From NCBI GenBank assembly GCA_017559905.1, contig JAFYQF010000023.1, positions 1 through 64,000 on the forward strand: a DNA stretch of 64,000 bases, written 5' to 3'. The stretch is from a bacterium (GTDB lineage Bacteria > Cyanobacteriota > Vampirovibrionia > Gastranaerophilales > Gastranaerophilaceae). Positions 47,240-58,130 of this stretch are shown piece after piece (positions within the stretch are counted from its first letter, which is position 1; the number at the start of each line of letters is the position of its first letter). A program made the translations under genes and the position numbers. The notes under the pieces are model-generated. The model made no database searches and was not told the origin of the DNA. It worked only from the letters and a program-made list of their open reading frames with translations.

Positions 47240-49138
47240 TTAACCCAACGTCTTTTTAGCTATTTCGTGGCGCTCAAGAAGAACCATCAAAATTGAAATA
47301 TCAGCAGGCTTAACCCCTCCAATCCTAGAAGCCTGTGCCAAATCTTTCGGTCTAATTTTCTTTAATTTATCTTTTGTTTCTGATGAGATTTGCTCAATTT
47401 TATCGTAATCAATATCTTCAGGGATTTTAAACTTATCTAATTTTGAAGCTTGTTCGATTTGAATTTCTTGACGTTTCAAATAGCCTTCATACTTAATCAA
47501 GATTTCAACTTGTTCATAAACATCTCTTGGAACGTTTAACTCCGCAGTTTCAGCATCTAATTCTTTTATAATTGAGTAATTTAGATTTGGACGTTTAATT
47601 AGCTCTGCAGCTTTCATACCTCGTTCAATATTTTCACCATATTTAGCCAAAATAGAGTTAACTTCTTCTGTTGGCGAAATTTTATGTTCAAGTAATCTTG
47701 CATATTCTTTTTCGATATTCTGTTGTTTTTCTTCAAAAACTTTGAACTGAACATCATCAACAAGCCCAATTTTATGTCCAATAGGAGTTAACCTTACATC
47801 AGCATTATCTTGTCTTAACAACAAACGATACTCTGAACGAGATGTAAGCATCCTATAAGGGTCTTGAATATCTTTCGTAACCAAATCATCAATCAAAGTT
47901 CCTATATAAGAAGAACTTCTTGACAACTCAAGCATTTCAGAATTTTTCATATAATTTACAGCATTAATACCAGCAATCAAACCTTGTGCTGCGGCTTCTT
48001 CGTACCCACTTGTTCCATTAATTTGTCCAGCAAAGAACAAACCTTTAACATCCTTTGACATTAACGAATGCAATGTCTGAACAGCAGGTACATAATCATA
48101 TTCAACAGCGTACGCAGGTTTTATAACATGAGCATTCTCTAACCCAGGCAAGGTATGCAACATTTTAACCTGAACATCCGCAGGCAAGCTACTAGAGAAC
48201 CCCTGAATATACATTTCATAAGTTCCCAACCCCTCTGGCTCAATAAAAATATGATGCGAAGGATTTTGACTAAACCTAACGATTTTATCCTCAATTGAAG
48301 GGCAATATCTTGGACCTACACCCTCAATCAGCCCTTGATACATAGGTGACTTATCAAGATTTTCACGAATTATTCTATGAGTTTCTTCATTTGTTCGTGT
48401 TAAATAGCAAGGATATTGAGGTCTTACAGGACGATTAGGTTTGAATGAATAAAAATTCAACTCATCATCACCTGGTTGAAGTTGCATTTTTGAATAATCA
48501 ATCGTACGCTTGTCAACTCTTGGCGGAGTGCCGGTTTTTAACTTTTTGATATTTATACCAAGTTTTTTAAGAGAATCTGACAAGCCAATAGCTGCCATTT
48601 CTCCTAATCTACCAGCACTATAAGATTTTAAACCTACAAAAATTCTTCCTGATAAAGATGTTCCTGTTGTTAAAATAACAGTACGAGCTTTATATTCAAT
48701 ACCAAACTCATCAATAGCACCAACAATAGTACCATTTTCGGCAATTAAATCTGTAATACAAGCTTGGCGAAGATAAATATTATCATTATTTTCGATAATA
48801 TTACGCATATAATCCATATACTGTCTTTTATCTGATTGTGCTCTTAATGCACGAACAGCAGGACCTTTTGAAGAATTAAGCATTTTCATTTGAAGATACG
48901 TCGCATCGGCAACTTCACCCATCACACCACCTAGCGCATCAATTTCTCGCACAAGAGTAGATTTTGCAGGTCCGCCTATTGCTGGATTACAAGGCATTAA
49001 CGCAATATTATCAACATTTAAGGTACATAACAAGACTTTTGCACCTAATCTTGCAACAGAAATTGCCGCCTCACAACCTGCGTGACCAGCACCTACCACT
49101 ATACAATCGTATTCATTCTTCAAATAATTCATATCCAT
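47240..49138 (-). CDS. mnmG: tRNA uridine-5-carboxymethylaminomethyl modification enzyme MnmG (GidA)
   Basis: 'YDCIVVGAGHAGCEAA' is the FAD-binding motif. Length (632 aa) and overall conservation are typical. Confidence 0.95.
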   Translation of the reverse strand: MDMNYLKNEYDCIVVGAGHAGCEAAISVARLGAKVLLCTLNVDNIALMPCNPAIGGPAKSTLVREIDALGGVMGEVADATYLQMKMLNSSKGPAVRALRAQSDKRQYMDYMRNIIENNDNIYLRQACITDLIAENGTIVGAIDEFGIEYKARTVILTTGTSLSGRIFVGLKSYSAGRLGEMAAIGLSDSLKKLGINIKKLKTGTPPRVDKRTIDYSKMQLQPGDDELNFYSFKPNRPVRPQYPCYLTRTNEETHRIIRENLDKSPMYQGLIEGVGPRYCPSIEDKIVRFSQNPSHHIFIEPEGLGTYEMYIQGFSSSLPADVQVKMLHTLPGLENAHVIKPAYAVEYDYVPAVQTLHSLMSKDVKGLFFAGQINGTSGYEEAAAQGLIAGINAVNYMKNSEMLELSRSSSYIGTLIDDLVTKDIQDPYRMLTSRSEYRLLLRQDNADVRLTPIGHKIGLVDDVQFKVFEEKQQNIEKEYARLLEHKISPTEEVNSILAKYGENIERGMKAAELIKRPNLNYSIIKELDAETAELNVPRDVYEQVEILIKYEGYLKRQEIQIEQASKLDKFKIPEDIDYDKIEQISSETKDKLKKIRPKDLAQASRIGGVKPADISILMVLLERHEIAKKTLG

Positions 49139-49295
49139 ATTATATTACAAAGGTTTTTGAGCACAAGTTAAGTTTTAATTAAAAAAATATCCAACTTTAG
49201 TATAACTTATCCATTCATCTAGTATATTTATACGATTTTTAAATCTATTGATAAAGTTTAATATAATAAAGACGATATAGTTTTTATACATCTTA

Positions 49296-50975
49296 TTGGA
49301 GCTCAAAATGTCAGAACAGATCTTAACACAGCCTGTATTTACAACAAATTCAGAAAACACAACAAAAGCGAGAACATCTCTTGAAAAAGCGAGAATTGCT
49401 CACGAAAGATATTTGATTCGTCAAAACAATCACGACCTAAACGAAGCAATTGAGCATTATATAGATGCGGTTAAATTAGACCCCTCTATTCCTGAATCTT
49501 ATTATAGACTAGCAAGTTTGATGTTTGAACAAGGTCAAATTAGTGTTGACACTGCAATTGAACAGTGCAAAACCGCATGTTCATTAGCTCCAAAAAACAT
49601 GAATGCCCACATGTACACTGGATTTTTTATGAAAATGGCTGAAGATTTTAAAGCTGCAGAAGAAGAATTCAAGTCGGCAATTAAAATGGGTAAATTAAAG
49701 TCTGCAAGACCAAGACTAATTCTTTCACAAGCCATATTGCAAAGAATCAATTCACAAAACGGCAACGCTAGTGATTACATGAGCTTTTTATATTACTTCT
49801 TGTCAGGTAGCTTGATGCTAGCTTGGGATAGACCAACTATGAAAATGCTCTATAAAAATATGTCTGACGATTTTTCAGTATTCACATATAATACAGTTGG
49901 GAAATTTTTAGAAAAATTCAAAATGTACCCTGCTGCAGAAAATGTTTACAAACAAGCAGTTACTAACACTAGCCACAGTGACATTTTCTACGACAAAATG
50001 GGTGATTTAGCTCTTAAAAACAAGGAACTTGATATGACAGTTGATTGTTATAGAAAAGTCCTTGAATCAAACCCGTTAAACCAAGAAGTTTTAGTAAAAT
50101 TGGCAACAGTTTTACAAACTTATTTCCCAGAAAACACAGACGAAACAATTGATTGCTACGAAAGATTGCTATCATTTGATAATGATAAAGCTCAAATTTA
50201 TTATGAACTTGGGCACTTATATTTAAGAAAGGAAGACAAAATTAACTCAATTAGTGCATTCAAACTTGCACTAAATGAAACGCCTGATAACCCATTTTAT
50301 AACAATTCGCTAGCTTACGCATATTCAAAAGCTGAATTGTACGAAGATGCAATCGAACATTATCAAAAAGCAATCGAATTAAACCCCGACAACGAATGGA
50401 CATCTATCGTTTGCCACGCTCTAGGTTCAATTTATGCTGAAAATCTTGATAATATGGAAGCTGCAGTAGCGACTTTCCACGCTGGCATAATACTAGACCC
50501 TAAAAATTATGACTTATACATTGCATTAGGTGATTTACATATGGCTGAATATGATTTAGACAAAGCCATCAAAGCTTACTGCGATGCTATAACAATCAAT
50601 CCTGACGACTACAGAGGATATTCAAAATGCGGTATTGCTCTTTGGGAAAAAGATTTCTTGGAAGAAGCTTTAGTGTCTTATCACAAAGCAATTGAATTGA
50701 ATCCTGAAAACGAATTTGCTCACAACAATTTAGGCATACTATATCTTGATGGGTTAATGGACGCTGAAGAAGCTTTGGAATACTTTGAAACAGCTATTGA
50801 ATTAAATCCAAATTACACACTTGCATACTTCAACGCTGGACGTGCAAGCCAAGCTATGGATTTCACAAATGATGCTGCAAATTATTATCAAATGGCAATT
50901 GATTTGAATAAAATTACTCATGAACTAGATGAGTATGATATCCAAACTCGTTTGCGCAGTTTATTTGAGGTTTAA
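49296..50975 (+). CDS. TPR-repeat protein
   Basis: Multiple 34-aa TPR units ('AIEHYQKAIELNPDNE...', 'YHKAIELNPENEFAHNNLG...'). Confidence 0.8.
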   Translation: MELKMSEQILTQPVFTTNSENTTKARTSLEKARIAHERYLIRQNNHDLNEAIEHYIDAVKLDPSIPESYYRLASLMFEQGQISVDTAIEQCKTACSLAPKNMNAHMYTGFFMKMAEDFKAAEEEFKSAIKMGKLKSARPRLILSQAILQRINSQNGNASDYMSFLYYFLSGSLMLAWDRPTMKMLYKNMSDDFSVFTYNTVGKFLEKFKMYPAAENVYKQAVTNTSHSDIFYDKMGDLALKNKELDMTVDCYRKVLESNPLNQEVLVKLATVLQTYFPENTDETIDCYERLLSFDNDKAQIYYELGHLYLRKEDKINSISAFKLALNETPDNPFYNNSLAYAYSKAELYEDAIEHYQKAIELNPDNEWTSIVCHALGSIYAENLDNMEAAVATFHAGIILDPKNYDLYIALGDLHMAEYDLDKAIKAYCDAITINPDDYRGYSKCGIALWEKDFLEEALVSYHKAIELNPENEFAHNNLGILYLDGLMDAEEALEYFETAIELNPNYTLAYFNAGRASQAMDFTNDAANYYQMAIDLNKITHELDEYDIQTRLRSLFEV

Positions 50976-50976
50976 A

Positions 50977-51739
50977 ATGGCAAAGGCCAAAGCTTTTACG
51001 TTAGCAGAAACTCTTATTACAATTGGATTAATTGGAGTTGTTGCAGCAATGACATTACCAACTGTAATTAGTACATTCCAAGATAAAATTGCGGTTGCAA
51101 GACTAAAGAAAGCTTACTCGGTACTTGAAAATAATTACCAAAATTATATAACGCTAGAAAGGAGATCCTACATCATGGTATTTGGGAGATGTTTCGAACT
51201 ATGGGACATCCGAAGATTATGAAAATTCCAAAGGTTTAGCGGAAGTATTAACGAAAAGACTGCAAACTGTGAGAGTTTGTGGAGATAAAAAAGGTTGTTT
51301 CACAAAAGGTTATTACAAATTTACCAACGGAAGTCAATGGAATGATAGTCTTGATAATGGGAAACATCGTTACAAATTAATAACCATAGACGGTATGTCC
51401 ATGGCTTTTCACTGGTATTCGAGAGATTGCAACAGATTAGACAAAAACCTAGAAATTTGTGGAATTGTTTTTGTAGATATAGATGGTCCACGTGGGGGAA
51501 CTGCAACTTGGGGTAAAGATCTCTACAGATTTATGCTAACTAAAGATAGAATTATTCCTGATGGTGACCCTAGACACGCTGGAGATTCTTTCAATAAGAG
51601 CGAATGTCCTAAACAAGGAACTCAATGCGCCGCTTGGGTTATATACAATGAAAATCGGGATTACCTAAAATGTAAAGATTTAGAGTGGGATAAAAAAAGT
51701 AGATGTAAAGAAGAAAAATTTAACAATTTGCCTAAATAA
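50977..51739 (+). pseudogene. Type IV pilin-like (prepilin N-terminal methylation domain) gene with apparent frameshift near 51155-51165
   Basis: 'MAKAKAFTLAETLITIGLIGVVAAMTLP' is the prepilin leader plus hydrophobic helix with E5. The reading frame shifts at 'ctagaaagga' and the downstream frame, a TTG-start ORF (51182..51739), continues sensibly. Confidence 0.45.
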
Positions 51740-51762
51740 AAAAATAATGCTAAAACTATCTT

Positions 51763-53730
51763 ATGAAAAAGACAGTTATTGCTTACGTCCATACTCATTG
51801 GGACAGAGAATGGTATAGAGAATTCGAAGTATTCAGACTTCGATTATTGAAAGTATTTGACAATGTTCTAGATATGCTTTCAGAAAATAAAATTCCATCA
51901 TTTTATTTTGATGGACAAGTTTCTGCACTACTTGATTATTTAGAGATTCGTCCAGAAAAAGAATCTTTAATCAGACAACTTATAAAAGAAAAAAAGTTAT
52001 ACATTGGACCTTTTTACTGCCTAATTGATGAATTCTTAACAGACAAAATTTGTTTTGAGAAAAATTTAGAAATAGGGCTTAAAATAGCAAAAGATTTTGG
52101 GTGTGAAGATTTTATCGGATATTTTGCAGATACCTTCGGACATAGCAAGAACATCCCACCAATACTTAAAAATTATGGAATTGATAAAATAATGGTATGG
52201 CGAGGAGTTCCAGACTTACCATCAGAATTCATATTTAATGGAGTAAACACTGTAAATATGATTCGTGGCTATTTTATGGACATATTTTCTGCGTCAATGA
52301 CTATTGAAGAAAAAGCAAATTGGCTAAAAGGAAATTTAGACAAAATTGCAGAAAAATCAGGCAACACTTTACTTCTTCCAATTGGTGCAGACCACTTGGG
52401 AGTTGAAACAGACATTCAAGAACAAATAAACAAAGTTAATCAAATATTTGAATCAAACGATATTGAATATGAAATAAAACTATCAAATCCATTTGAATAT
52501 TTTGAAAAAGTTAAGGACAACTTCACAACAGAATGGTCTGAAGAACTCCGAGACAACTCAAAAACTTTTATCCTAACAGGTTGCTATTCTGCAAGAATGC
52601 GCTTAAAACAATACCGAACAGAAGCTTCCTACAGACTAGAGCAAGCGGATAAATTACAAAAATATTTTGGAAATAATTACGCTAATATTGTTGAACATGC
52701 GTATAAGTTATTACTGCAAAACCAAGCACACGACAGCATTTGCGGATGTTCAACAGATGCAGTACATCTTGAGTGCTATACAAGATACGAAAAAATTCTT
52801 CAAATTGCTGACACTATAATTGAAGAAATAAAAATTAGCAACCCAAAAGCCCTTGAACTAATCAAAAACAGTGGGTATGAGTTTAAGTCTTTACAACCAG
52901 AAGAAGGGTTTAATATCATTGCAAAAAATAACGGATTCAGCAACGACATTCTATATAACACCCAACGGATACCTATTACTGAAGATTACACATCTATTTA
53001 TACATTAAAGAAATATACTCCGTCAGATAACACAATTGAGCTTGAAATTGGCGAAAATGAATTTAAAATCAACAACATTGGCGTTCAATTCACAAGATTC
53101 AAGGACGAAGGTGACACCTATAACTTTGGTGCTGTTGAAAATGACAACGGAGAAACCGCAAAAATTTTAGACGTACTACACAACAAAGCCATTGATAGTT
53201 TTTGCGTAAGAACAAGCTTTTTTGACGTTTTTCTATTTAAACAATGTAATCTTATCAATTTTAAAATAGAATGGAACAACGAGCTTCCTAACCACCTCTG
53301 GCAGGTTAAATTCAATCTCCCAAACAAAATCCTAAAAACTTATTCTGAAGACTTGAATACAATTATTGAACGTGAATTTGATGCGGATTACGAAATGCGT
53401 AATCACCTACCAAAAGAACGTGGTATTGAAGCAAAAACAAACTTCGCCCCCCTCCAAAGATACGTCGGAGTTGATGACTTTGGAATTATAACAAAAGGCT
53501 TAACTGAATACGAAGTAAAAGGAAATTCTCTACTCATAACCCTACTCCGTAGTACAGGCGTTATTTCTAACCCTAAAAACCCTGCCCGCACAACACCTGC
53601 AGGTCCACCTATAGAAGTTCCTGGCGCTCAACAACTAGGATATAATAACGCAGAGTTCTCTGCGGGGTTCTTTACACCTCAAGATTATTTAAAACACATC
53701 GAAACCATCTACCCACAAATAGTTAAATAA
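51763..53730 (+). CDS. Glycoside hydrolase family 38 (alpha-mannosidase / mannosylglycerate-hydrolase MngB-like)
   Basis: 'AYVHTHWDREWYREFE' matches MngB 'HITPHMHWDREWYF'. 'LYIGPFYCLIDEF' resembles 'LIIGPWYTQTD'. Confidence 0.7.
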   Translation: MKKTVIAYVHTHWDREWYREFEVFRLRLLKVFDNVLDMLSENKIPSFYFDGQVSALLDYLEIRPEKESLIRQLIKEKKLYIGPFYCLIDEFLTDKICFEKNLEIGLKIAKDFGCEDFIGYFADTFGHSKNIPPILKNYGIDKIMVWRGVPDLPSEFIFNGVNTVNMIRGYFMDIFSASMTIEEKANWLKGNLDKIAEKSGNTLLLPIGADHLGVETDIQEQINKVNQIFESNDIEYEIKLSNPFEYFEKVKDNFTTEWSEELRDNSKTFILTGCYSARMRLKQYRTEASYRLEQADKLQKYFGNNYANIVEHAYKLLLQNQAHDSICGCSTDAVHLECYTRYEKILQIADTIIEEIKISNPKALELIKNSGYEFKSLQPEEGFNIIAKNNGFSNDILYNTQRIPITEDYTSIYTLKKYTPSDNTIELEIGENEFKINNIGVQFTRFKDEGDTYNFGAVENDNGETAKILDVLHNKAIDSFCVRTSFFDVFLFKQCNLINFKIEWNNELPNHLWQVKFNLPNKILKTYSEDLNTIIEREFDADYEMRNHLPKERGIEAKTNFAPLQRYVGVDDFGIITKGLTEYEVKGNSLLITLLRSTGVISNPKNPARTTPAGPPIEVPGAQQLGYNNAEFSAGFFTPQDYLKHIETIYPQIVK

Positions 53731-54170
53731 TTTTGCATAAAAAAAAACCCTATCTTGTGGATAGAGTTTGGAATTCTTTTTAGTAATTCCTCGTGTGTAG
53801 AAGGTTAGTGTGTAGTAGGTAGTGTAAATAGTAAGTGTGTGTTTTTATATATCTCGTGTTTATTTAATTCGTTATTGCTTACATATTAATAAAGTATTTT
53901 TAAAGTATATAATTGCTATATCCTTTCCATTTTGTTACATATCTTTACAATAACTCACAAGATACGTGAAACACGTTAACCCCGTTTTATATATTCGTCA
54001 AATTCCTCCGCATTTTATATCCTATAGATATATAATACCCATTTCTTAAGAAACAATCACGTTTTTGCACAAATAAATAACAGCAATTTAAGATAATCTT
54101 TATATTAAGAGTATTGACCTTTTTGAAAAAAAGTATTCTAATAGAAGAATAATTATAAAGCGGAGGGAAT

Positions 54171-55535
54171 ATGAAAGAATTCAAATACACACGTTTAGAT
54201 AACAGACAATTTACGCCTGAAGACATAAAGGGATACATTGCTGAATACAACATCAAATTTATTAAATTACAATTTGTTGACATTAACGGACAAGTAAAAA
54301 ATCTTTCAATTCCGTCAGACCACATTGATAAAATCCTAGCAAACGAAATTATGCTAGACGGTTCATCAATAAAAGGATTTAGAAGCATTGAAACATCTGA
54401 TATGTTCTTCTTCCCAGACATTAACTCTTTCCAAATATTGCCTTGGAGAGGAAAAGATGGAATTAATTCTGCGAGATTGATTTGTGATATATACAACGCA
54501 GATGGGACACCATTTGAGGGTTGTCCAAGATGCAACCTAAAGCGTCTTATGAAAGAAGCTGAAAAGCTTGGATTTTCAATGAATATAGGACCTGAAGCTG
54601 AATTCTTCTTATTTGCAAAAGACAAAGACGGCAAAGTGACAACTACAACACAAGACACTGCGGGATATTACGATGTAGGGCCAGAAGATTTAGGCGAAGA
54701 TGTTCGCTCTGATATCGTGTTAACACTTCAAGAAATGGGATTTGATATTGAAGCAAGCCACCACGAAGGCGCTGACGGTCAACACGAAGTTGATTTTAGA
54801 TATGCAGATATCCTTACTGCTGCCGACAATGTTGCGACTTTTAAAATTGCAGTAAAAGCAATTGCAGCAAGACATAATCTTCACGCAACATTTATGCCAA
54901 AACCAATCTATGGAATTAACGGTTCTGGTATGCACTGTAATATTTCATTATTCAAAGATGGCAAAAATGCGTTCTATGACGAAAGCGCAGAATACCAACT
55001 TTCAGACGTGGCAAAATACTCTATCGGCGGGCTTTTAAAACACGTAAAAGGTATCACTGCAACACTTAACCCTACAGTGAACAGCTTCAAAAGACTTGTT
55101 CCTGGATATGAAGCTCCTGTTTATTTGGCGTGGTCTTTAGCTAATAGAAGTGCTCTTTTAAGAGTTCCTGCAAAACGTGGCAATGCAACAAGAGTAGAAC
55201 TTCGTTCTCCAGACCCTGCTTGCAACCCATATTTAGCGTTTGCAGCAATTCTCCAAGCTTGTATTGATGGTATTAAAAATAAAATAGACCCACCAGCACC
55301 TGTTGAAAGCAATATTTACAAACTAACAACTAGAGAACGTAAAAAACAAAGAATTGATGCTCTTCCTGGAAGTTTAGCTGAAGCTCTTGAACATATGGAC
55401 AAATCTCTTGTAGCTAAAGCAGCTTTAGGAGAGCATATCTTCAACGAATTTTTAAATTCAAAACAAAAAGAGTGGGAAGACTTCAGAACATACGTTTCTC
55501 AATGGGAAATTGAAAAATATTTAGAAAGATACTAA
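54171..55535 (+). CDS. glnA: Glutamine synthetase type I
   Basis: 454 aa with an AGCGGAGGGAA RBS. N-terminal beta-grasp and C-terminal catalytic domains show the usual GS-I conservation. Confidence 0.9.
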   Translation: MKEFKYTRLDNRQFTPEDIKGYIAEYNIKFIKLQFVDINGQVKNLSIPSDHIDKILANEIMLDGSSIKGFRSIETSDMFFFPDINSFQILPWRGKDGINSARLICDIYNADGTPFEGCPRCNLKRLMKEAEKLGFSMNIGPEAEFFLFAKDKDGKVTTTTQDTAGYYDVGPEDLGEDVRSDIVLTLQEMGFDIEASHHEGADGQHEVDFRYADILTAADNVATFKIAVKAIAARHNLHATFMPKPIYGINGSGMHCNISLFKDGKNAFYDESAEYQLSDVAKYSIGGLLKHVKGITATLNPTVNSFKRLVPGYEAPVYLAWSLANRSALLRVPAKRGNATRVELRSPDPACNPYLAFAAILQACIDGIKNKIDPPAPVESNIYKLTTRERKKQRIDALPGSLAEALEHMDKSLVAKAALGEHIFNEFLNSKQKEWEDFRTYVSQWEIEKYLERY

Positions 55536-55540
55536 ACAAA

Positions 55541-55575
55541 AAATCCCTGATTTTAAAAATCAGGGATTTTTATTA
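55541..55575. terminator. Bidirectional intrinsic terminator
   Basis: Hairpin aaatccctgattt-taaaa-aatcagggattt with flanking A and T runs. Confidence 0.75.
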
Positions 55576-55587
55576 TTAATTAAGTAA

Positions 55588-56214
55588 TTACCAATTGTCA
55601 CCACTTAAGTTTTGAGCTTGTTTTAACGCAGCAGTTGCTGAAGGTTGAACTGTTATGTATTCTTTCTTTTTAGGATTAATTATACAAATTTTCTTATCAC
55701 AAACATCACACAAGAAAGCTTGAGCTTCTGAGGCTCCACAGCGTTGTTTTTTATCTGCTTGTGTGTATAATAGAGATTCAACAATATACTCGTTATTCAA
55801 GCCATACTCTTTACGACCTTTAGTTAAATCATCGAGCATTTGTTTTGATCTATCAGAATCAGGTTGCACAAGATAAATTACACGGAATCTTGTACGCATA
55901 AATCCAAAAACAGGATCCGTATTATCAATAGACTTATTAATATTTACAGGTATAGTTTTTGAGCCTTTTATAGAGCCATCATAACTAACATCTGGATCGA
56001 TATCAGGATCTTCTTCAACTTCTTCTTCTGGGATGTTCGCAATTTCAGTTTCTTCAACTTTTTGAACACCACCTTTTTTCCAATCCTCAATTAATTTGCC
56101 TTGTTGCCAATATTCAGGATTAGCTTTGTAAGCAAGGAACCCTATTATCAAAAGAACCAACATTGGCAAAATATTAGGTCCGCTTTTTCTTGCCTTTTTA
56201 GCTTTTTTAGCCAT
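55588..56214 (-). CDS. Membrane-anchored hypothetical protein with 4-Cys cluster
   Basis: N-terminal TM helix, an acidic linker and 'CGASEAQAFLCDVCDKKIC'. Confidence 0.5.
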   Translation of the reverse strand: MAKKAKKARKSGPNILPMLVLLIIGFLAYKANPEYWQQGKLIEDWKKGGVQKVEETEIANIPEEEVEEDPDIDPDVSYDGSIKGSKTIPVNINKSIDNTDPVFGFMRTRFRVIYLVQPDSDRSKQMLDDLTKGRKEYGLNNEYIVESLLYTQADKKQRCGASEAQAFLCDVCDKKICIINPKKKEYITVQPSATAALKQAQNLSGDNW

Positions 56215-56271
56215 AAAACCTCCATAATTCTATGCTTTCAAACAAGCATCAACCTTATTATTACAATATAA

Positions 56272-57552
56272 CTAAATTTTCGCTATTTTGTCAATAAACT
56301 CTTTAATTGAATAGTTATTGCTCAAAATAATAAACTTTTTCTTTGTTTCAGACTTCACATAATCTAAATTTTTTCCATCCAAAAAATCTTCACTGTAAGG
56401 TCTTAACATTACTGACGGAATAACAACCGTATCCGCATCAATATTTTTTACCGCAGAAATCAAATCATCTGAAGTTATCAAACCTGCAACTGTTATATTT
56501 TTTCCCCAGTAGTTAGATTTTACGGGCGCTAATATAACTTCTAAATTTTCAACTTTTGCATTCAAGTCATTCACAATCTCCTCAATTGCAGACTTTGCAG
56601 CATAAGATGTTGCAAAAATAAATTTTGAAGGTTTAGAAATAGATTTTGGCAAACTAATACTTTTATAATTATCTAATAACAATCTTAAAGCTCCAACACC
56701 ATCTTCTAGTTGAGAGAAATTACCATAATATGAAGTTTGCGGAATTGGTTCACCTGCGAGCAAAAAGAACTCATCTGACAAACAAACTTTTTTATACTTT
56801 GAAGCTATTTCTATTGTCTTTTTAGCAACGACTTCGTCAACTTGTCTTAATTCTTCAGCTCTAAATTGCGTAACTCCAACAGGAACTACAGCTACTGATA
56901 AAACAGTATTTTTCAACGATGCTAAATCAGCTAACGTTCTTTCTAATTCATCACCATCATTAAATCCTGGACACAATACTATTTGAGCGTGGAAAGGAAT
57001 TTTGTTTTTTCTAAACCACTGTAAATTATCCATTATTTTACCAGCATTAGGGTTTCGAAGCATCTTAACCCTTAATTCAGGATTTGTTGTGTGAACAGAA
57101 ACATAAAAAGGACCTAACTGCATTCTCTTAATACGTTCTTTATCTTTTTCTGTTAGATTAGTTAAAGTAATATAAGTACCCTGCAAAAAAGATAATCTAT
57201 AATCATCGTCTTTTATGTAAAGTGTATTTCTCAAACCTTTTGGCTGTTGGTCTACAAAACAAAAAATACATTTATTCAAACACGGTTTAACTTTGTCAAA
57301 AACAGCACTTTCAAATACAATACCCAAATCTTCATCAAAGTCTTTTTCGATTTCAATAACTTCAATTTCCCCATTTAATTTTTTAACTTCCAAAGTCAAA
57401 ATTTCAGATTTTGTCATAAAGTTATAATCAATCATATCCTGCATTGTAGCATCATCAATTGAAACAATCTCATCACCTGTTTCAATCTCCAATTCTTCAG
57501 CTATTGAACCACTTAAAACTTTATTTACGATTGCCGGCATTGTCTTTTTCAA
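56272..57552 (-). CDS. PDZ-domain-containing radical SAM protein (DUF512-like)
   Basis: An N-terminal PDZ-like domain is followed by the radical-SAM Cys motif 'CLNKCIFCF'. Confidence 0.6.
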   Translation of the reverse strand: MKKTMPAIVNKVLSGSIAEELEIETGDEIVSIDDATMQDMIDYNFMTKSEILTLEVKKLNGEIEVIEIEKDFDEDLGIVFESAVFDKVKPCLNKCIFCFVDQQPKGLRNTLYIKDDDYRLSFLQGTYITLTNLTEKDKERIKRMQLGPFYVSVHTTNPELRVKMLRNPNAGKIMDNLQWFRKNKIPFHAQIVLCPGFNDGDELERTLADLASLKNTVLSVAVVPVGVTQFRAEELRQVDEVVAKKTIEIASKYKKVCLSDEFFLLAGEPIPQTSYYGNFSQLEDGVGALRLLLDNYKSISLPKSISKPSKFIFATSYAAKSAIEEIVNDLNAKVENLEVILAPVKSNYWGKNITVAGLITSDDLISAVKNIDADTVVIPSVMLRPYSEDFLDGKNLDYVKSETKKKFIILSNNYSIKEFIDKIAKI

Positions 57553-58054
57553 ACCCTTCTATTACTGTAATTAAGTTAGCATACTCGCAAACGGTATTAT
57601 CTAACACTATTTTTTGATAGAAAGAAAGCTTTGTATATTCATCATTCAAAATAGCTTCTGCGCCAGACTTAAACTTTAGCGCTAGCATTTTTAATCCAAA
57701 GAACAATTCTTCTTTTTCTCCCGAATCAAGAATATCAGCACAAGATAATTTCACTCTTGCATTAGATAAAAATTGTAATGGATTAGAACTTAATTCTTCG
57801 AGCATCAACCTTTTTAGAGCTAACAAGCCATCTTTAGTAATCGAATAAAAAACAGAGAGTTTTCCACCATCTGACATTAATTTCCTAGTCGTTAAACACC
57901 CTTGAGCCTCTAATCGACGTAAGGCAGGCTTTAATGCGCCAAAACTTGGAGAAGTATACGGTGCAAATTCAGCTTCTATGCCCTTATTGATGGCATACAT
58001 AGTGAACTCTCGTTTTGACAAAATATATAAAACTAATAATTCTATCATAGCCAA
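57521..58054 (-). CDS. PadR-like winged-helix transcriptional regulator (putative)
   Basis: 'IELLVLYILSKREFTMYAI...LKPALRRLEAQGCL' fits the PadR-type wHTH pattern. Confidence 0.45.
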   Translation of the reverse strand: MAMIELLVLYILSKREFTMYAINKGIEAEFAPYTSPSFGALKPALRRLEAQGCLTTRKLMSDGGKLSVFYSITKDGLLALKRLMLEELSSNPLQFLSNARVKLSCADILDSGEKEELFFGLKMLALKFKSGAEAILNDEYTKLSFYQKIVLDNTVCEYANLITVIEGFEKDNAGNRK

Positions 58055-58130
58055 ATTTTAGCACAGAATGCAATAAAATAAAAGTTTTTAATAAATTGCA
58101 CCAAATTTTTATTTTAGCTATAATAAACGT

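Noticed and set aside
53987-54658. 223-aa ORF on the minus strand
   Set aside because: It is low-complexity and overlaps the glnA start and 5' coding region antisense. It has no RBS and looks like an AT-rich artefact.
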